The notes beneath the pieces were generated by a model. It ran no database searches. It was not told the origin of the DNA and saw only the letters and a program-made list of their open reading frames with translations. Of a DNA stretch of 64,000 nt, positions 53,427 through 62,590 are shown piece after piece. The stretch spans positions 14,344 to 78,343 of the IMG/VR virus record IMGVR_UViG_3300029454_000001, one strand, 5' to 3'. A program made the translations under genes and the position numbers. This DNA comes from a virus. How positions within the stretch are numbered: the stretch's first letter is position 1; every line of letters starts with the position of its first letter.

Positions 53427-54345
53427 TTCTCCTGCCCCTTAACGGTGTGGTTAGTATTTCTTCGATAGACCATCCTAATTCTTTTCTATGATATAAACAG
53501 TGTGCGTTTATGCCTATAATTTCAGCCCATTCAAGAACTCTATGCTTTTCTCCATTGTATTCCCATATTGCAGATTCAGATAAATTCTTACATCTCTTGC
53601 TACAATAAACAGCGTCATTGAAATGTCCACCTCTCTTGGCATTAAAAGGTTTGTTACAAATTGGGCATATTTTTGTATAATCTTTAATAGTTGGGTGATC
53701 TTTGTAATAAAGAATTTTACCGCATCTTGGACTGCACGTCTTTTGCCCTTTTCTTTGCTTTAGTTCAAATTGTTTTCCACAAACAGGACATATTAAATAC
53801 TTGTTTTCTTTTGGTATAGAGTTTCTTTTATTTTGTGCCTGCTCAGCATTTGTAATAAAACGGCAGTTATCTGGTTCATAATTTCCGTTTACGTCTATTC
53901 GGTCAATGGTTAAGATATTTATTCCATTACTTGTTTTTTCTTCCTTATATCCATTCTCAATTGCCCATTTGTAAAATAATGTGAAATTATTTTTCCATTC
54001 ATCACACATTACTATTCCACGCCCGCCGTAATTTTTGTACGATTTACATGTTTTACAATAGCAACGATATTTAATACTCTTCCAAAGTGGGTACAGCCTT
54101 CCACAGTTATTAGATAGCCCATGTTTTCTGCTCATATTGCCAATAATTTCTCTATGCAGACATCCACATGACTTCGTTGTTCCTCTTTGTAACCCTGCTT
54201 GTCTTACAATAGTTTTATTTCCACAATCACAAATGCATTCCCAGCGCTTTGTTCTAACCCCTTTGTCTGAAATAGTATCTTCTGCTCTTTTTATGACGGT
54301 GAGTCTCCCGAATTTCTTGCCTGTCAAATCAATATTTTTACGCAT
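53407..54345 (-). CDS. homing-endonuclease-like DNA-binding protein (HNH_3/AP2-type) with zinc ribbons
   Basis: LTGKKFGRLTV..WECICDCGN..SCGC and TIDRIDVNGNYEPDNCRFITNAEQAQNK. Confidence 0.5.
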   Translation of the reverse strand: MRKNIDLTGKKFGRLTVIKRAEDTISDKGVRTKRWECICDCGNKTIVRQAGLQRGTTKSCGCLHREIIGNMSRKHGLSNNCGRLYPLWKSIKYRCYCKTCKSYKNYGGRGIVMCDEWKNNFTLFYKWAIENGYKEEKTSNGINILTIDRIDVNGNYEPDNCRFITNAEQAQNKRNSIPKENKYLICPVCGKQFELKQRKGQKTCSPRCGKILYYKDHPTIKDYTKICPICNKPFNAKRGGHFNDAVYCSKRCKNLSESAIWEYNGEKHRVLEWAEIIGINAHCLYHRKELGWSIEEILTTPLRGRRNAKSKL

Positions 54346-54389
54346 TAAAAACTCCTTTTTCTGCACACTTCCTCATCACGAAAACTTTT

Positions 54390-54833
54390 CTATAATTCCT
54401 CTAACATCCCCCCTTTTTCAATCTGGTCAATTAGTTTCTTGCATTCATCTTTAACATAGGCAAGTGAACGAATTTTGCAATCTGGATCTTTATTTAATTC
54501 TCGCCAGCAATCTCCCATTATTTTAAGCATTTTTTTGAAGCCTGGTTCTTCCCCGAAATACTGTTCTGCTGTCTCAATATCATAACCATCGAAACAATGA
54601 GCGCAGTCAAATCCAATCCACCATATATCATCATCGTCACAATCGTGTAAAAATGGTTCTGAATAAGTAACTCCACCATGGCAGTCAAGATAACCTAAAT
54701 CATCAACACTTTTCTTTGCTAGCTTATGGCTGTTAGGTATTCCAACGTATCCGCATCTGTATGCTCCTGGCATAAACAGAACCACATATGGATAACCTTT
54801 GTATGTAGACTTTGTTTCTAAAACTGGTTTCAT
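54390..54833 (-). CDS. hypothetical protein
   Basis: 147 aa; CHGGVTYSE..WWIGFDCAHCFDGYD motif, family not identified. Confidence 0.45.
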   Translation of the reverse strand: MKPVLETKSTYKGYPYVVLFMPGAYRCGYVGIPNSHKLAKKSVDDLGYLDCHGGVTYSEPFLHDCDDDDIWWIGFDCAHCFDGYDIETAEQYFGEEPGFKKMLKIMGDCWRELNKDPDCKIRSLAYVKDECKKLIDQIEKGGMLEEL

Positions 54834-54837
54834 TTAA

Positions 54838-55254
54838 TCACTCCCATTCACTCTCGTATTCATCTTCGCCCTCATCATAGTAACCATTTTCCATGATTTC
54901 TTTAAATGTAGCGATTGCTTTTCTAAACCTGTCGCGTAGAACCTCTTCTTTTTGCTCAAGATTTGCAATTACCTTTTTACGTTCTTCGATTTCTTTAAGC
55001 AGCGCTGCGTTCTCTTCTTCAAGATTGTATCTGGCAATACGTTTCATGGTTGTTGGGTCAAGTTTTACAAGTTCCTTTCCAGTGACAATAAGAGTTGTTG
55101 GATTCATCATTGCCGGTACATATGTTCTTGTTTCACCATAAACCGGTGTAGTTTCTATTTGTTCTGGTGGTTCAGTAATATCCTCAATGGATTCAACATC
55201 AAAGCACATTATTTTCTGATTGCTGAAATAAATAATCTGTCCTGTTTGTACCAT
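54838..55254 (-). CDS. hypothetical protein
   Basis: 138-aa ORF with a C-terminal coiled coil. Confidence 0.4.
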   Translation of the reverse strand: MVQTGQIIYFSNQKIMCFDVESIEDITEPPEQIETTPVYGETRTYVPAMMNPTTLIVTGKELVKLDPTTMKRIARYNLEEENAALLKEIEERKKVIANLEQKEEVLRDRFRKAIATFKEIMENGYYDEGEDEYESEWE

Positions 55255-55265
55255 TTCATTACTCC

Positions 55266-55688
55266 TTAATTAAACGGAAGTTCATCGTCCATAATTGACG
55301 GCATATCCATAAATCCACTTGTGCCCTGTTCTGGACTTGGAACTGGTGGCTGCAACTGTTCTTCTGGCTGGCTCTTCTTGTTCTCCGCAAACTCATGTGT
55401 TTCCACAAGGCAATCATTTGTGTAGACTTTCCTTCCGTCCTTGTCAGTGTAATTTCCAGTCTTCCAAGTTCCGATAACTGCAATCTTCATTCCTTTATAC
55501 AGATATTTTTCGGCAAACTCACCATTCTTTCCAAGTGCAACACAATTTATGAAGTCTGATGTGCGTTCATTGTTTTTGCGATACTGTCTCTCAACTGCAA
55601 GTGTGTATCTGGCAATCGTTGTATTGTTTGTTCCCATTCGGATGTCTGGGTCTTTTGCCAAACGTCCGATCAAAATTACTTTATTCAT
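55266..55688 (-). CDS. ssb: single-stranded DNA-binding protein
   Basis: MNKVILIGRLAKDPDIR... OB fold and acidic tail ending DDELPF; start moved to ATG 55688. Confidence 0.85.
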   Translation of the reverse strand: MNKVILIGRLAKDPDIRMGTNNTTIARYTLAVERQYRKNNERTSDFINCVALGKNGEFAEKYLYKGMKIAVIGTWKTGNYTDKDGRKVYTNDCLVETHEFAENKKSQPEEQLQPPVPSPEQGTSGFMDMPSIMDDELPFN

Positions 55689-56055
55689 GTTTGTTCTCCT
55701 TGTACGGTTCTGGCATAGCTGGCAAAGGCATCCATGCAATTACTTTCAATTTTTCGAAACCGTCTGTAAAATATTCTCCATTCCACATTGCTCTGAATGG
55801 AATTGTTCCTTTTTCGGCAGCAATCAAATATATGTCTCCTTTAAAATTATGATTAGGTTTTGGTTCCGGCGGCAATTTCACATCTACTGGAATCCACATA
55901 TCCGATAAGCTATAGGAATTAATCAGTTTCTCAACCTTCTCTATTGCATCATTCCAGCCCTTATTGTACCGACAGAACAACGGGTCAATGTCTTCTGGAT
56001 TACTGTGAGTTGACGGCTTCTTTAATTTGCTCAACATTTTCAAGAAAACTTTCAT
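55681..56055 (-). CDS. DUF551-like protein
   Basis: MWIPVDVKLPPEP...VIAWMPLPAMPEPY. Confidence 0.5.
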   Translation of the reverse strand: MKVFLKMLSKLKKPSTHSNPEDIDPLFCRYNKGWNDAIEKVEKLINSYSLSDMWIPVDVKLPPEPKPNHNFKGDIYLIAAEKGTIPFRAMWNGEYFTDGFEKLKVIAWMPLPAMPEPYKENKHE

Positions 56056-56450
56056 GTTTCATCCTCCCTCTTTTTATCTTCAAAGAAGCTTTCATAATCA
56101 AACCAATCATCTTTGATAAAATTTCCAATGATTTTTACACTATTTCCCCATCCTTTTGTAGCAACCCTAACATGTTTTCCTTTGAGATTAATCAAATCAT
56201 CGACTCCAACTATGTCCATAATTCGCATGATTGCTTCAAGCCCAGATGCATAACCTTTAAATTCTCTTGCACCGAGATAACCATTTCCAAGTGCATATCC
56301 GCCGTATACGCATCCCCATCCACCACCGGAAAGAGATAAGTCAAGTGTAAGTACTCCGTGGTCTCTGAAGTTCAATGATACACATGTGATTTCGGCATTC
56401 ATAAGTTTATATCCCTCTGCGGCAAGAGATTTTTCTGACCATTCTTTCAT
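56052..56450 (-). CDS. hypothetical protein
   Basis: 132-aa ORF. Confidence 0.4.
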   Translation of the reverse strand: MKEWSEKSLAAEGYKLMNAEITCVSLNFRDHGVLTLDLSLSGGGWGCVYGGYALGNGYLGAREFKGYASGLEAIMRIMDIVGVDDLINLKGKHVRVATKGWGNSVKIIGNFIKDDWFDYESFFEDKKREDET

Positions 56451-56551
56451 ATATCTTCCTCCTCATAATCGTTACAGTAAAGTGAACCGTAATCCCATGC
56501 TAACGTACAGCAATTACGGAATCTACATTTGTCACAATCGGTCATTTCCAT
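56447..56551 (-). CDS. small Cys-rich protein (34 aa)
   Basis: MEMTDCDKCRFRNCCTLAWDYGSLYCNDYEEEDI; SD AAAGGAGAA; its stop overlaps the next ATG. Confidence 0.4.
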   Translation of the reverse strand: MEMTDCDKCRFRNCCTLAWDYGSLYCNDYEEEDI

Positions 56552-56564
56552 GAAAATTCTCCTT

Positions 56565-57332
56565 TCAGAACGGGCATAAATTCAAGTCAACTTCCAGTCC
56601 AGCCCGTCCAATCTGAACCAGAACATCATCCCCAACAGTTTCTTTGATTTCTTTGAGCATTTTTTTAGCATCCGATGCTTTACCGCTCAAATGTACCAGT
56701 GTTACTGTTCGAAGCGATTCTGTGCGGTTTTGCTTAATGAATTGCTTACAAGTTAGCAAAGAACAATGTCCTTTTATTCGGTGCCTGTAGTTAGCTTCTG
56801 TCATGTCTACCAATTCTTCACAGTAGTTACACTCAATTACCATATGCTCAACTTGCATCTTTTGGAAACTATATATGCAGTACTCAAAATCCGTCATGTA
56901 CAGAAGCTTTCCCATTTCTTCATATTCCACGATATAGCCATAGTTGAAGCACGGAATAAGTTGCCCTGTGTCCTTGTCCCTTGTAGTATGTGGCAAATAA
57001 AACGGTATTACTGTGAATGAGCCAACACGAAACGGTCTTTTTTCTGGAACGCCTTTCATCAATTCACCAGTGATGATTTGCAGATGCTCCACTGTTTCAT
57101 CATTGGTGTAAATCTGAATGCCTAAATTCATCAGATTTTTAAATGATTCACGGTGATCACCGTGTTCATGCGTCAGAAGCACACCAGAAACATCACTTGT
57201 CCTGTAGTCAATAGCTTTCAGAATGTCTTTGTATTTGCATCCGCAGTCCAGAAGAAGCATTTCTCCGCTGTTCGATTTCAAAACATAGCAGTTTCCGTGT
57301 TGGCTTCCTGTGTTTACTACTCGCATGAACAT
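56565..57332 (-). CDS. metallo-beta-lactamase-fold hydrolase
   Basis: LLTHEHGDHRES (HxHxDH) and downstream His/Asp positions. Confidence 0.7.
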   Translation of the reverse strand: MFMRVVNTGSQHGNCYVLKSNSGEMLLLDCGCKYKDILKAIDYRTSDVSGVLLTHEHGDHRESFKNLMNLGIQIYTNDETVEHLQIITGELMKGVPEKRPFRVGSFTVIPFYLPHTTRDKDTGQLIPCFNYGYIVEYEEMGKLLYMTDFEYCIYSFQKMQVEHMVIECNYCEELVDMTEANYRHRIKGHCSLLTCKQFIKQNRTESLRTVTLVHLSGKASDAKKMLKEIKETVGDDVLVQIGRAGLEVDLNLCPF

Positions 57333-57354
57333 TTTTTGTCACCTCGCTTTCTGT

Positions 57355-57564
57355 TTATTTGTAGCTATTTAAAATTGAAGAAGCAGTTTCTCCAATCATA
57401 TTTTTATCGTCCTGCTGATATGGAGGAGCTCCGCGCCATAATTCTTTCATATCTTTTAAATCTGTAGCCACCATTGCGTCCCTTATTAATTGAAGCTCTT
57501 TAAGCGATAATTCCACAGTCACAATAGAATCCCAATTAATTCTCTTTCTTCCTATCTCTTTCAT
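57355..57564 (-). CDS. hypothetical protein
   Basis: 69-aa ORF. Confidence 0.4.
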   Translation of the reverse strand: MKEIGRKRINWDSIVTVELSLKELQLIRDAMVATDLKDMKELWRGAPPYQQDDKNMIGETASSILNSYK

Positions 57565-57800
57565 ACTTCATCATCCTTTGGAAATTGAAATGTGGTAATA
57601 TTTTTTAAATTAATACTTATGTTGTATGCTTCGTGTAACTGGTTCATAACCTGTTCTACTTTTTGCCTTGAAGAGTATGTTGCTAAAGTCCACGCTCCAA
57701 GCCCTACTACTTTTGCAATAATTCTATTATCGTCTGTCTTTACTACGGTGCATTCATCATATGGGATATCAAGCAATCCACTCTGACTTGCTAATCTCAT
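57561..57800 (-). CDS. hypothetical protein
   Basis: 79-aa ORF. Confidence 0.4.
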   Translation of the reverse strand: MRLASQSGLLDIPYDECTVVKTDDNRIIAKVVGLGAWTLATYSSRQKVEQVMNQLHEAYNISINLKNITTFQFPKDDEV

Positions 57801-57846
57801 TCCTACTCACCTCCGAAAAAAGTTTTCTCTTATATTGTTACTTATG

Positions 57847-58131
57847 TCAGTTTTCCTCATTTACGACAATACCGCCATGGATAATAACTCTTTTTCCGTC
57901 CGAATCGTCAAAGTAAACTTCATTCTCGGATTCAGAAACATCAAACTTTCCAGACCAGGACTTTATTTTACCGCCATTGTAATCGTAAACAGTTACGGTA
58001 CGGTTCAGACCACCGTCAATATCACTGGATAGCGATTTTAATAATCTACTACAGCAAAAACAAGCATTAAACATTATGATTGCTATAGCCACTGTGACTA
58101 ATACTGCTGTCTTAATACATTTATGCTTCAT
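57847..58131 (-). CDS. membrane-anchored/secreted small protein
   Basis: N-terminal hydrophobic helix TAVLVTVAIAIIMFNACFCC. Confidence 0.4.
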   Translation of the reverse strand: MKHKCIKTAVLVTVAIAIIMFNACFCCSRLLKSLSSDIDGGLNRTVTVYDYNGGKIKSWSGKFDVSESENEVYFDDSDGKRVIIHGGIVVNEEN

Positions 58132-58144
58132 TTTGACTCTCCTT

Positions 58145-58306
58145 TTACATTGTAAGTCGGATTATAATGAGTACAACAAATATAATAACATTTAAAAGAA
58201 TAATTAAATTGGTTCGATTGTATTCATTTTTTCGAATAAAAGTTACTATCCATCCCAAAAGTGCTATTGAAAGCAAAATAATAAGCACAATTGTGGAAGT
58301 TTCCAT
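58145..58306 (-). CDS. small membrane protein (53 aa, below the ORF-track cutoff)
   Basis: METSTIVLIILLSIALLGWIVTFI...; SD AGGAGGAA. Confidence 0.4.
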   Translation of the reverse strand: METSTIVLIILLSIALLGWIVTFIRKNEYNRTNLIILLNVIIFVVLIIIRLTM

Positions 58307-58307
58307 C

Positions 58308-59414
58308 CTACATTTCCTCCTGGCTCATAAATGACGGAATCTCTGTTTCAGCCGGCTCTGCTACCGGGATTGGTTCTTTTTCTGCTGTTTTTACGTCTTC
58401 AGCTACGGTTGGCTGATTAGGCTTTTCTTCGATTGCTTCTGGTTCTGGAATGAATTCCTCTTTGTTGGCATTCTGTTCGATTTCTTCCTGCACTTCTCTG
58501 TATGTAGCATCCATCGTGTTATATTCATAAGCCTGCACCGGATTATCCCATTTCTTAGGAATGGACTTCATAATGTTGTTACGCATTTTACGAACAATCA
58601 TAGATTCTCTCGACTGTGTTTCGTAGTATGACGGGGAAATGTACGGTCTTAATTCTTCGCAATCAATAATTGCTTCCAGTTCCCCAATATCAGCAACCTT
58701 TTTCATAACTTCTTTTTTCTTTGTTTCAATCTGAGCTTTCTGTGCATCTGTAGCTTTATATCTGTCTGTACAGATACCGAATGTTTCGTTCTGTAGATTA
58801 TTCTTGATGTGCGCTGCAAGATTCTTCAGTACATCTGCTCTTTCACAAGAAAGGTATTCAATATGTCCGTCCTTATACTGAATCGGATATACGATACGGA
58901 CTACCTTACCTACACCAGATTCTTCCCATTCTGGCGGTGTGATTTCCACACCTTTATGTCTTGGTGGGATATACTTATCACCTTCTCTGACTTTCCAGTA
59001 CGGGAATACTTTAGCTACATCGACACCATATCTACTTACAAGAGCGTCATTTCCATCACCCTCAATCGCAAACTCGATTTTCTTCTCCCACTGTGCCGGC
59101 TTCCCTTTTCCTGCTACGTTTACGTTTCTGATCTGGAAATAGCATTCTCTTGGCTGCGCATTTGCATTCAGTTTTAATGCTGCTACTTTACTCAGAATGA
59201 ATTTAAGGTTAGAGCCATTGATTGCTTCAAAACTTGTGCCGCTCTCATGTACCATCTGAAAAATAGATCCCATTGCTGCCACTACGCAATCCTTTGAATA
59301 GGAATCAAATTCCATTCCTCTTGAAGTTAAATCTCTTTCCATTAAATCAACATACCGATTTGTGTAATAAGAAAGCTGTGTGTTAAAATTTGCTACCTGT
59401 GTTGTTTCTGCCAT
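58308..59414 (-). CDS. putative single-strand annealing protein (RecT-like)
   Basis: 368 aa between the SbcC-like ATPase and the SSB region; acidic C-terminal tail; weak resemblance to RecT-type cores. Confidence 0.4.
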   Translation of the reverse strand: MAETTQVANFNTQLSYYTNRYVDLMERDLTSRGMEFDSYSKDCVVAAMGSIFQMVHESGTSFEAINGSNLKFILSKVAALKLNANAQPRECYFQIRNVNVAGKGKPAQWEKKIEFAIEGDGNDALVSRYGVDVAKVFPYWKVREGDKYIPPRHKGVEITPPEWEESGVGKVVRIVYPIQYKDGHIEYLSCERADVLKNLAAHIKNNLQNETFGICTDRYKATDAQKAQIETKKKEVMKKVADIGELEAIIDCEELRPYISPSYYETQSRESMIVRKMRNNIMKSIPKKWDNPVQAYEYNTMDATYREVQEEIEQNANKEEFIPEPEAIEEKPNQPTVAEDVKTAEKEPIPVAEPAETEIPSFMSQEEM

Positions 59415-59432
59415 ATCAATTCTCCTTTTCTA

Positions 59433-59669
59433 TTAATCACAATAAGTTCTATTACAAAATGGACATCCTGTAATTAATTCCTTTGATGCTCTCTCAACAG
59501 AAATTCCATTCCGTTCTTTTCCGCTTCTTGTTCGTCCTTTTTCAGAATAGATATTCTGTTTACAACTGAAACATTTTCCGTTATGTGGTGCAAAATGCGG
59601 ATAACCTTTTTCGGCACAATATTTTTCTTGTGCTTTTGTTGCTTTTGAAATGTCGTAAGTTTCTGCCAT
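59433..59669 (-). CDS. zinc-binding hypothetical protein
   Basis: CFSCKQ...CPFCNRTYC. Confidence 0.4.
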   Translation of the reverse strand: MAETYDISKATKAQEKYCAEKGYPHFAPHNGKCFSCKQNIYSEKGRTRSGKERNGISVERASKELITGCPFCNRTYCD

Positions 59670-59955
59670 TTTAATTCTCCTTTTCTTTTTTTATATTTGC
59701 TAACACGCTGTTGCGTGATTGTATGTTTTGTACCTATGTAGATTTGCAGATATCTCAAACCTCAATTTCCAATATTCGGTTTTACATAGGTTCTTGTGAG
59801 TGAAATATCCTCCTCACATTCCAGGTGCAAAATCACCTGTGACTTGATTAAGCCAATTATTTCTGTTATTCTAATAATAAATATAGTTTGTTCTATATTT
59901 CATATGGAGCAGCCAGTTTGTTGCCAAACAAGTTACTGGCTGTTCCTTTCTTTTT

Positions 59956-61983
59956 TTAAAGCTCTTTCGCCGTCAAATCTCTGTCCGTCACTCTTAGTAC
60001 AATCATCTGCCTGTCTAAAATAGGGATTCTGCTTTTGTCAATGCTCTCCGAATCATCAATCCAAATCGGCAGATTCAGACCATTCATTTCCTGTAATCCA
60101 TTCAGTAAATCAACCTCGCAAAGAATTTTGTCGGAATGATTTAATCCGCTATTGTAGTCGATTCCATTACAGATCATCTTGCAAGTTTCCACTGGATTTC
60201 CCTCAATCGTGTAATCAAGGAAACTGAACTGGAAATGATGGAAAAATGGATTGATTTTCTCTGCCAGTGCCTTATTCTTCTGGATTGAGAAGTTAAGAAC
60301 GGTATCAATGTTCTTTTCAATATCAGCTTGAACCTGTCCAAGGCTTTTCAGTTCCTCATTCAGTTCGGCTACTCGCTTTTCTTTTTCTGTGACTGCTGCC
60401 TGTGCAATCTTAATGTCTGCATCCACATTGGAAATCTGTTTCATAACATTGCTGATCTGCATTCTTAATTCCTGTTTCTTTCCAGGAACATCATCAAATG
60501 ATTTCAGTTTCTCTTCAAGTTCTGCAATTCTCGCTGTAACCGCAAGATATTCTTCATCATTTGTCATATCTACAGATTCTGGAAGCTCCGTAAATTTGGA
60601 CTGTTCTTCCTCAATCTGCTTAGTGAGTTCAGCAACTTCATCCTGTGCTACGCCGATTTCTGACTGTAATTTGCTGATTTCCTCGTTAGTTTTCTTTAAT
60701 TTTGCAGAAGCAGAATTTCCAAGGTCGCAAGTTCCTTTTAACTGGTTCTGTTTTGCTGATTCCCAGTTTTGCTTTTTGGTTAATTCATTTTCAATTCTGA
60801 ACTTCTTCTTTTCTTCAAAGGAAACTCTCAATTCGGCAACCTGTTCTTCTGGCAATTCCTGTCCACAAGTCGGGCAAATAGTATCAGAATCATTGAATGT
60901 TTCAGCTTCAATAGTTTTCAGTCCAGAATCATCCCACTCCATTTCTTTGATTCTCGGATAGTCCTGTCTGGCTCTATCCAAGTCAGCTTTTGCCTGTTGT
61001 GCTTCCCTTATGTGGTTGTCCAGTTCCATTCCAATAATACGAACGCTTGATTCCTTTTCTGATTTTTTTAACCTAAGTTCGGAAACTGTATCAGAAATGA
61101 ATTTTTGTCTGGCTCTTAACCATTCATTCGCCTTGCTAACAAGTCCATCCTTGGAAGATTTCAGTCCTCGGATTTCATATGAAAGACTGTCATAGCCTTT
61201 TGCTGAATCTTCAAGAATCTTTTCCTGTTCTTCCAGTTTGGAAAGCTCCGCATTAAGCTCCTGTTTTTTGGATTCTAGGGAGGAAGTATCTTCTGCTTCA
61301 ATGCTTCGATTGGTTTCATATGCAATCTCCGTGTTTTTGGCATCCACCTTTTTCTTCTGTGCATTCAGTTCCTTTCGGAGCTTCTTCAAGGTATCCTCTA
61401 CGGAATGCCCTTTTGTGATTTCTTCCACATGAGCGTACTGTGGATTTTCTTCCATAAACTGTGCAATATCAAAACCAGACATCTTTTCCAGTACCTTTCT
61501 GGATTCTGCTGTTGACTTCTGCAATGTGTCCAGAAATGGTTTTGGGTTACTGCACATCAGAAGCGTTGAAGGTTCTGCTATTGACTGGATGAACTCGGTA
61601 TAATCCTTTGATTTAGCCGGGAATCCGTCAATTTCATAAGAAGTTTCATTTCCATCGAACACCTCTTCGGATTGTCCCCTCGGTTTTCTCCACTTCTGTT
61701 TTGTGATTTTGCGGATCACTTTTTCTTTTCCATCAATCGCAAGCGTAAGCTCTCTTATAACATCAACTTTTGGCACTTCCAAGCCATTTTCTTTTCTTCT
61801 AATAGAAGTCGGTTCTGTACCATTTGCCATCTTTCCTGTCAGAACGTCCAAATATGCGTCCTGCAATGTGGATTTCCCTTCTCTGTTTCTGCCAGAAATC
61901 TCTGTTCTCGGAAACAAATCTACAGACTTACTCGGAAACTTCTTGTAATTCTCCAACGAAATCTTTTTTACTTCCACTTTCAT
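59956..61983 (-). CDS. SbcC/Rad50-like AAA ATPase with long coiled coil and zinc hook
   Basis: Walker A GRNREGKST, about 350 aa of coiled coil with a central CPTCGQ hook, C-terminal IWIDDSESID (Walker B/D-loop). Confidence 0.6.
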   Translation of the reverse strand: MKVEVKKISLENYKKFPSKSVDLFPRTEISGRNREGKSTLQDAYLDVLTGKMANGTEPTSIRRKENGLEVPKVDVIRELTLAIDGKEKVIRKITKQKWRKPRGQSEEVFDGNETSYEIDGFPAKSKDYTEFIQSIAEPSTLLMCSNPKPFLDTLQKSTAESRKVLEKMSGFDIAQFMEENPQYAHVEEITKGHSVEDTLKKLRKELNAQKKKVDAKNTEIAYETNRSIEAEDTSSLESKKQELNAELSKLEEQEKILEDSAKGYDSLSYEIRGLKSSKDGLVSKANEWLRARQKFISDTVSELRLKKSEKESSVRIIGMELDNHIREAQQAKADLDRARQDYPRIKEMEWDDSGLKTIEAETFNDSDTICPTCGQELPEEQVAELRVSFEEKKKFRIENELTKKQNWESAKQNQLKGTCDLGNSASAKLKKTNEEISKLQSEIGVAQDEVAELTKQIEEEQSKFTELPESVDMTNDEEYLAVTARIAELEEKLKSFDDVPGKKQELRMQISNVMKQISNVDADIKIAQAAVTEKEKRVAELNEELKSLGQVQADIEKNIDTVLNFSIQKNKALAEKINPFFHHFQFSFLDYTIEGNPVETCKMICNGIDYNSGLNHSDKILCEVDLLNGLQEMNGLNLPIWIDDSESIDKSRIPILDRQMIVLRVTDRDLTAKEL

Positions 61984-62590
61984 GCTCGATTATCCTCCCT
62001 ATTGATACCTCATATGCAGTTCTAATCTCTATTTCATCACCAGATAATTTTTTCTGATAAATTCGGCTCTGGATTCTTCCGATTATTTTTACGAAATCTC
62101 CAACCTTGAAATCAGCAGCTTCTCTGGCTTCTTTCCACCATGCTATACATGGGATATAATCTGTTCTTCGCAAGTCATATTCATTGCAAGCAATCATCAA
62201 ATCACAGATTTCTTTTCCTCTTGGTGTTCTGCGGTAAATAGGAGGCTTGCAAAGATAACCTTCCAGAATGATTTTGTTTTCACCTTCTGCACTCCCATCA
62301 CCATCTCCACACCAGATTGTTTCCGCTTTGATTTTAAGAATCAAATGTGACTTTCCACTTTCATGTTTGTTTGAAGAACTGTATCTTCCTTCAACATAGA
62401 CGTGTTTTCCAATCTTTAAGCCTTCCGTCTGCTTTTCTTCAACAATTACTGGAAGCAAATCTACGTTCCCACTGGTACGCTTTGCACCAATATAGAATCT
62501 TACGAATTTTTCTCCGTCCTTGAAAAACGTTCCTGGCTGAATATCCATTATTACGCCATATATCTGAACTTCATTCTTATTATTCTTCAT
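61928..62590 (-). CDS. double OB-fold SSB-like protein (paralogue 2)
   Basis: LEGYLCKPPIYRRTPRGKEICDLMIACNE..DYIPCIAWWKEAREAADFKVGDFVKIIGRIQSRIY. Confidence 0.5.
   Translation of the reverse strand: MKNNKNEVQIYGVIMDIQPGTFFKDGEKFVRFYIGAKRTSGNVDLLPVIVEEKQTEGLKIGKHVYVEGRYSSSNKHESGKSHLILKIKAETIWCGDGDGSAEGENKIILEGYLCKPPIYRRTPRGKEICDLMIACNEYDLRRTDYIPCIAWWKEAREAADFKVGDFVKIIGRIQSRIYQKKLSGDEIEIRTAYEVSIGRIIEHESGSKKDFVGELQEVSE

Noticed and set aside
55259-55483. 74-aa ORF overlapping the ssb gene in another frame (and similarly 59474..59758, 12144..12344, 12573..12791, 18423..18638, 19303..19581)
   Set aside because: Each is nested in an alternative frame of a confidently assigned gene, with no independent signals.
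59900-59966. Hairpin GGAGCAGCCAGTTTGTTGCC...GGCTGTTCC after the ATPase gene as a plus-strand sRNA terminator
   Set aside because: The T-run is on the plus strand, but the only upstream plus-strand promoter candidate (TTGATT-17-TATTCT) is weak. It is more likely an orientation-independent terminator for the minus-strand ATPase gene. I did not call it.
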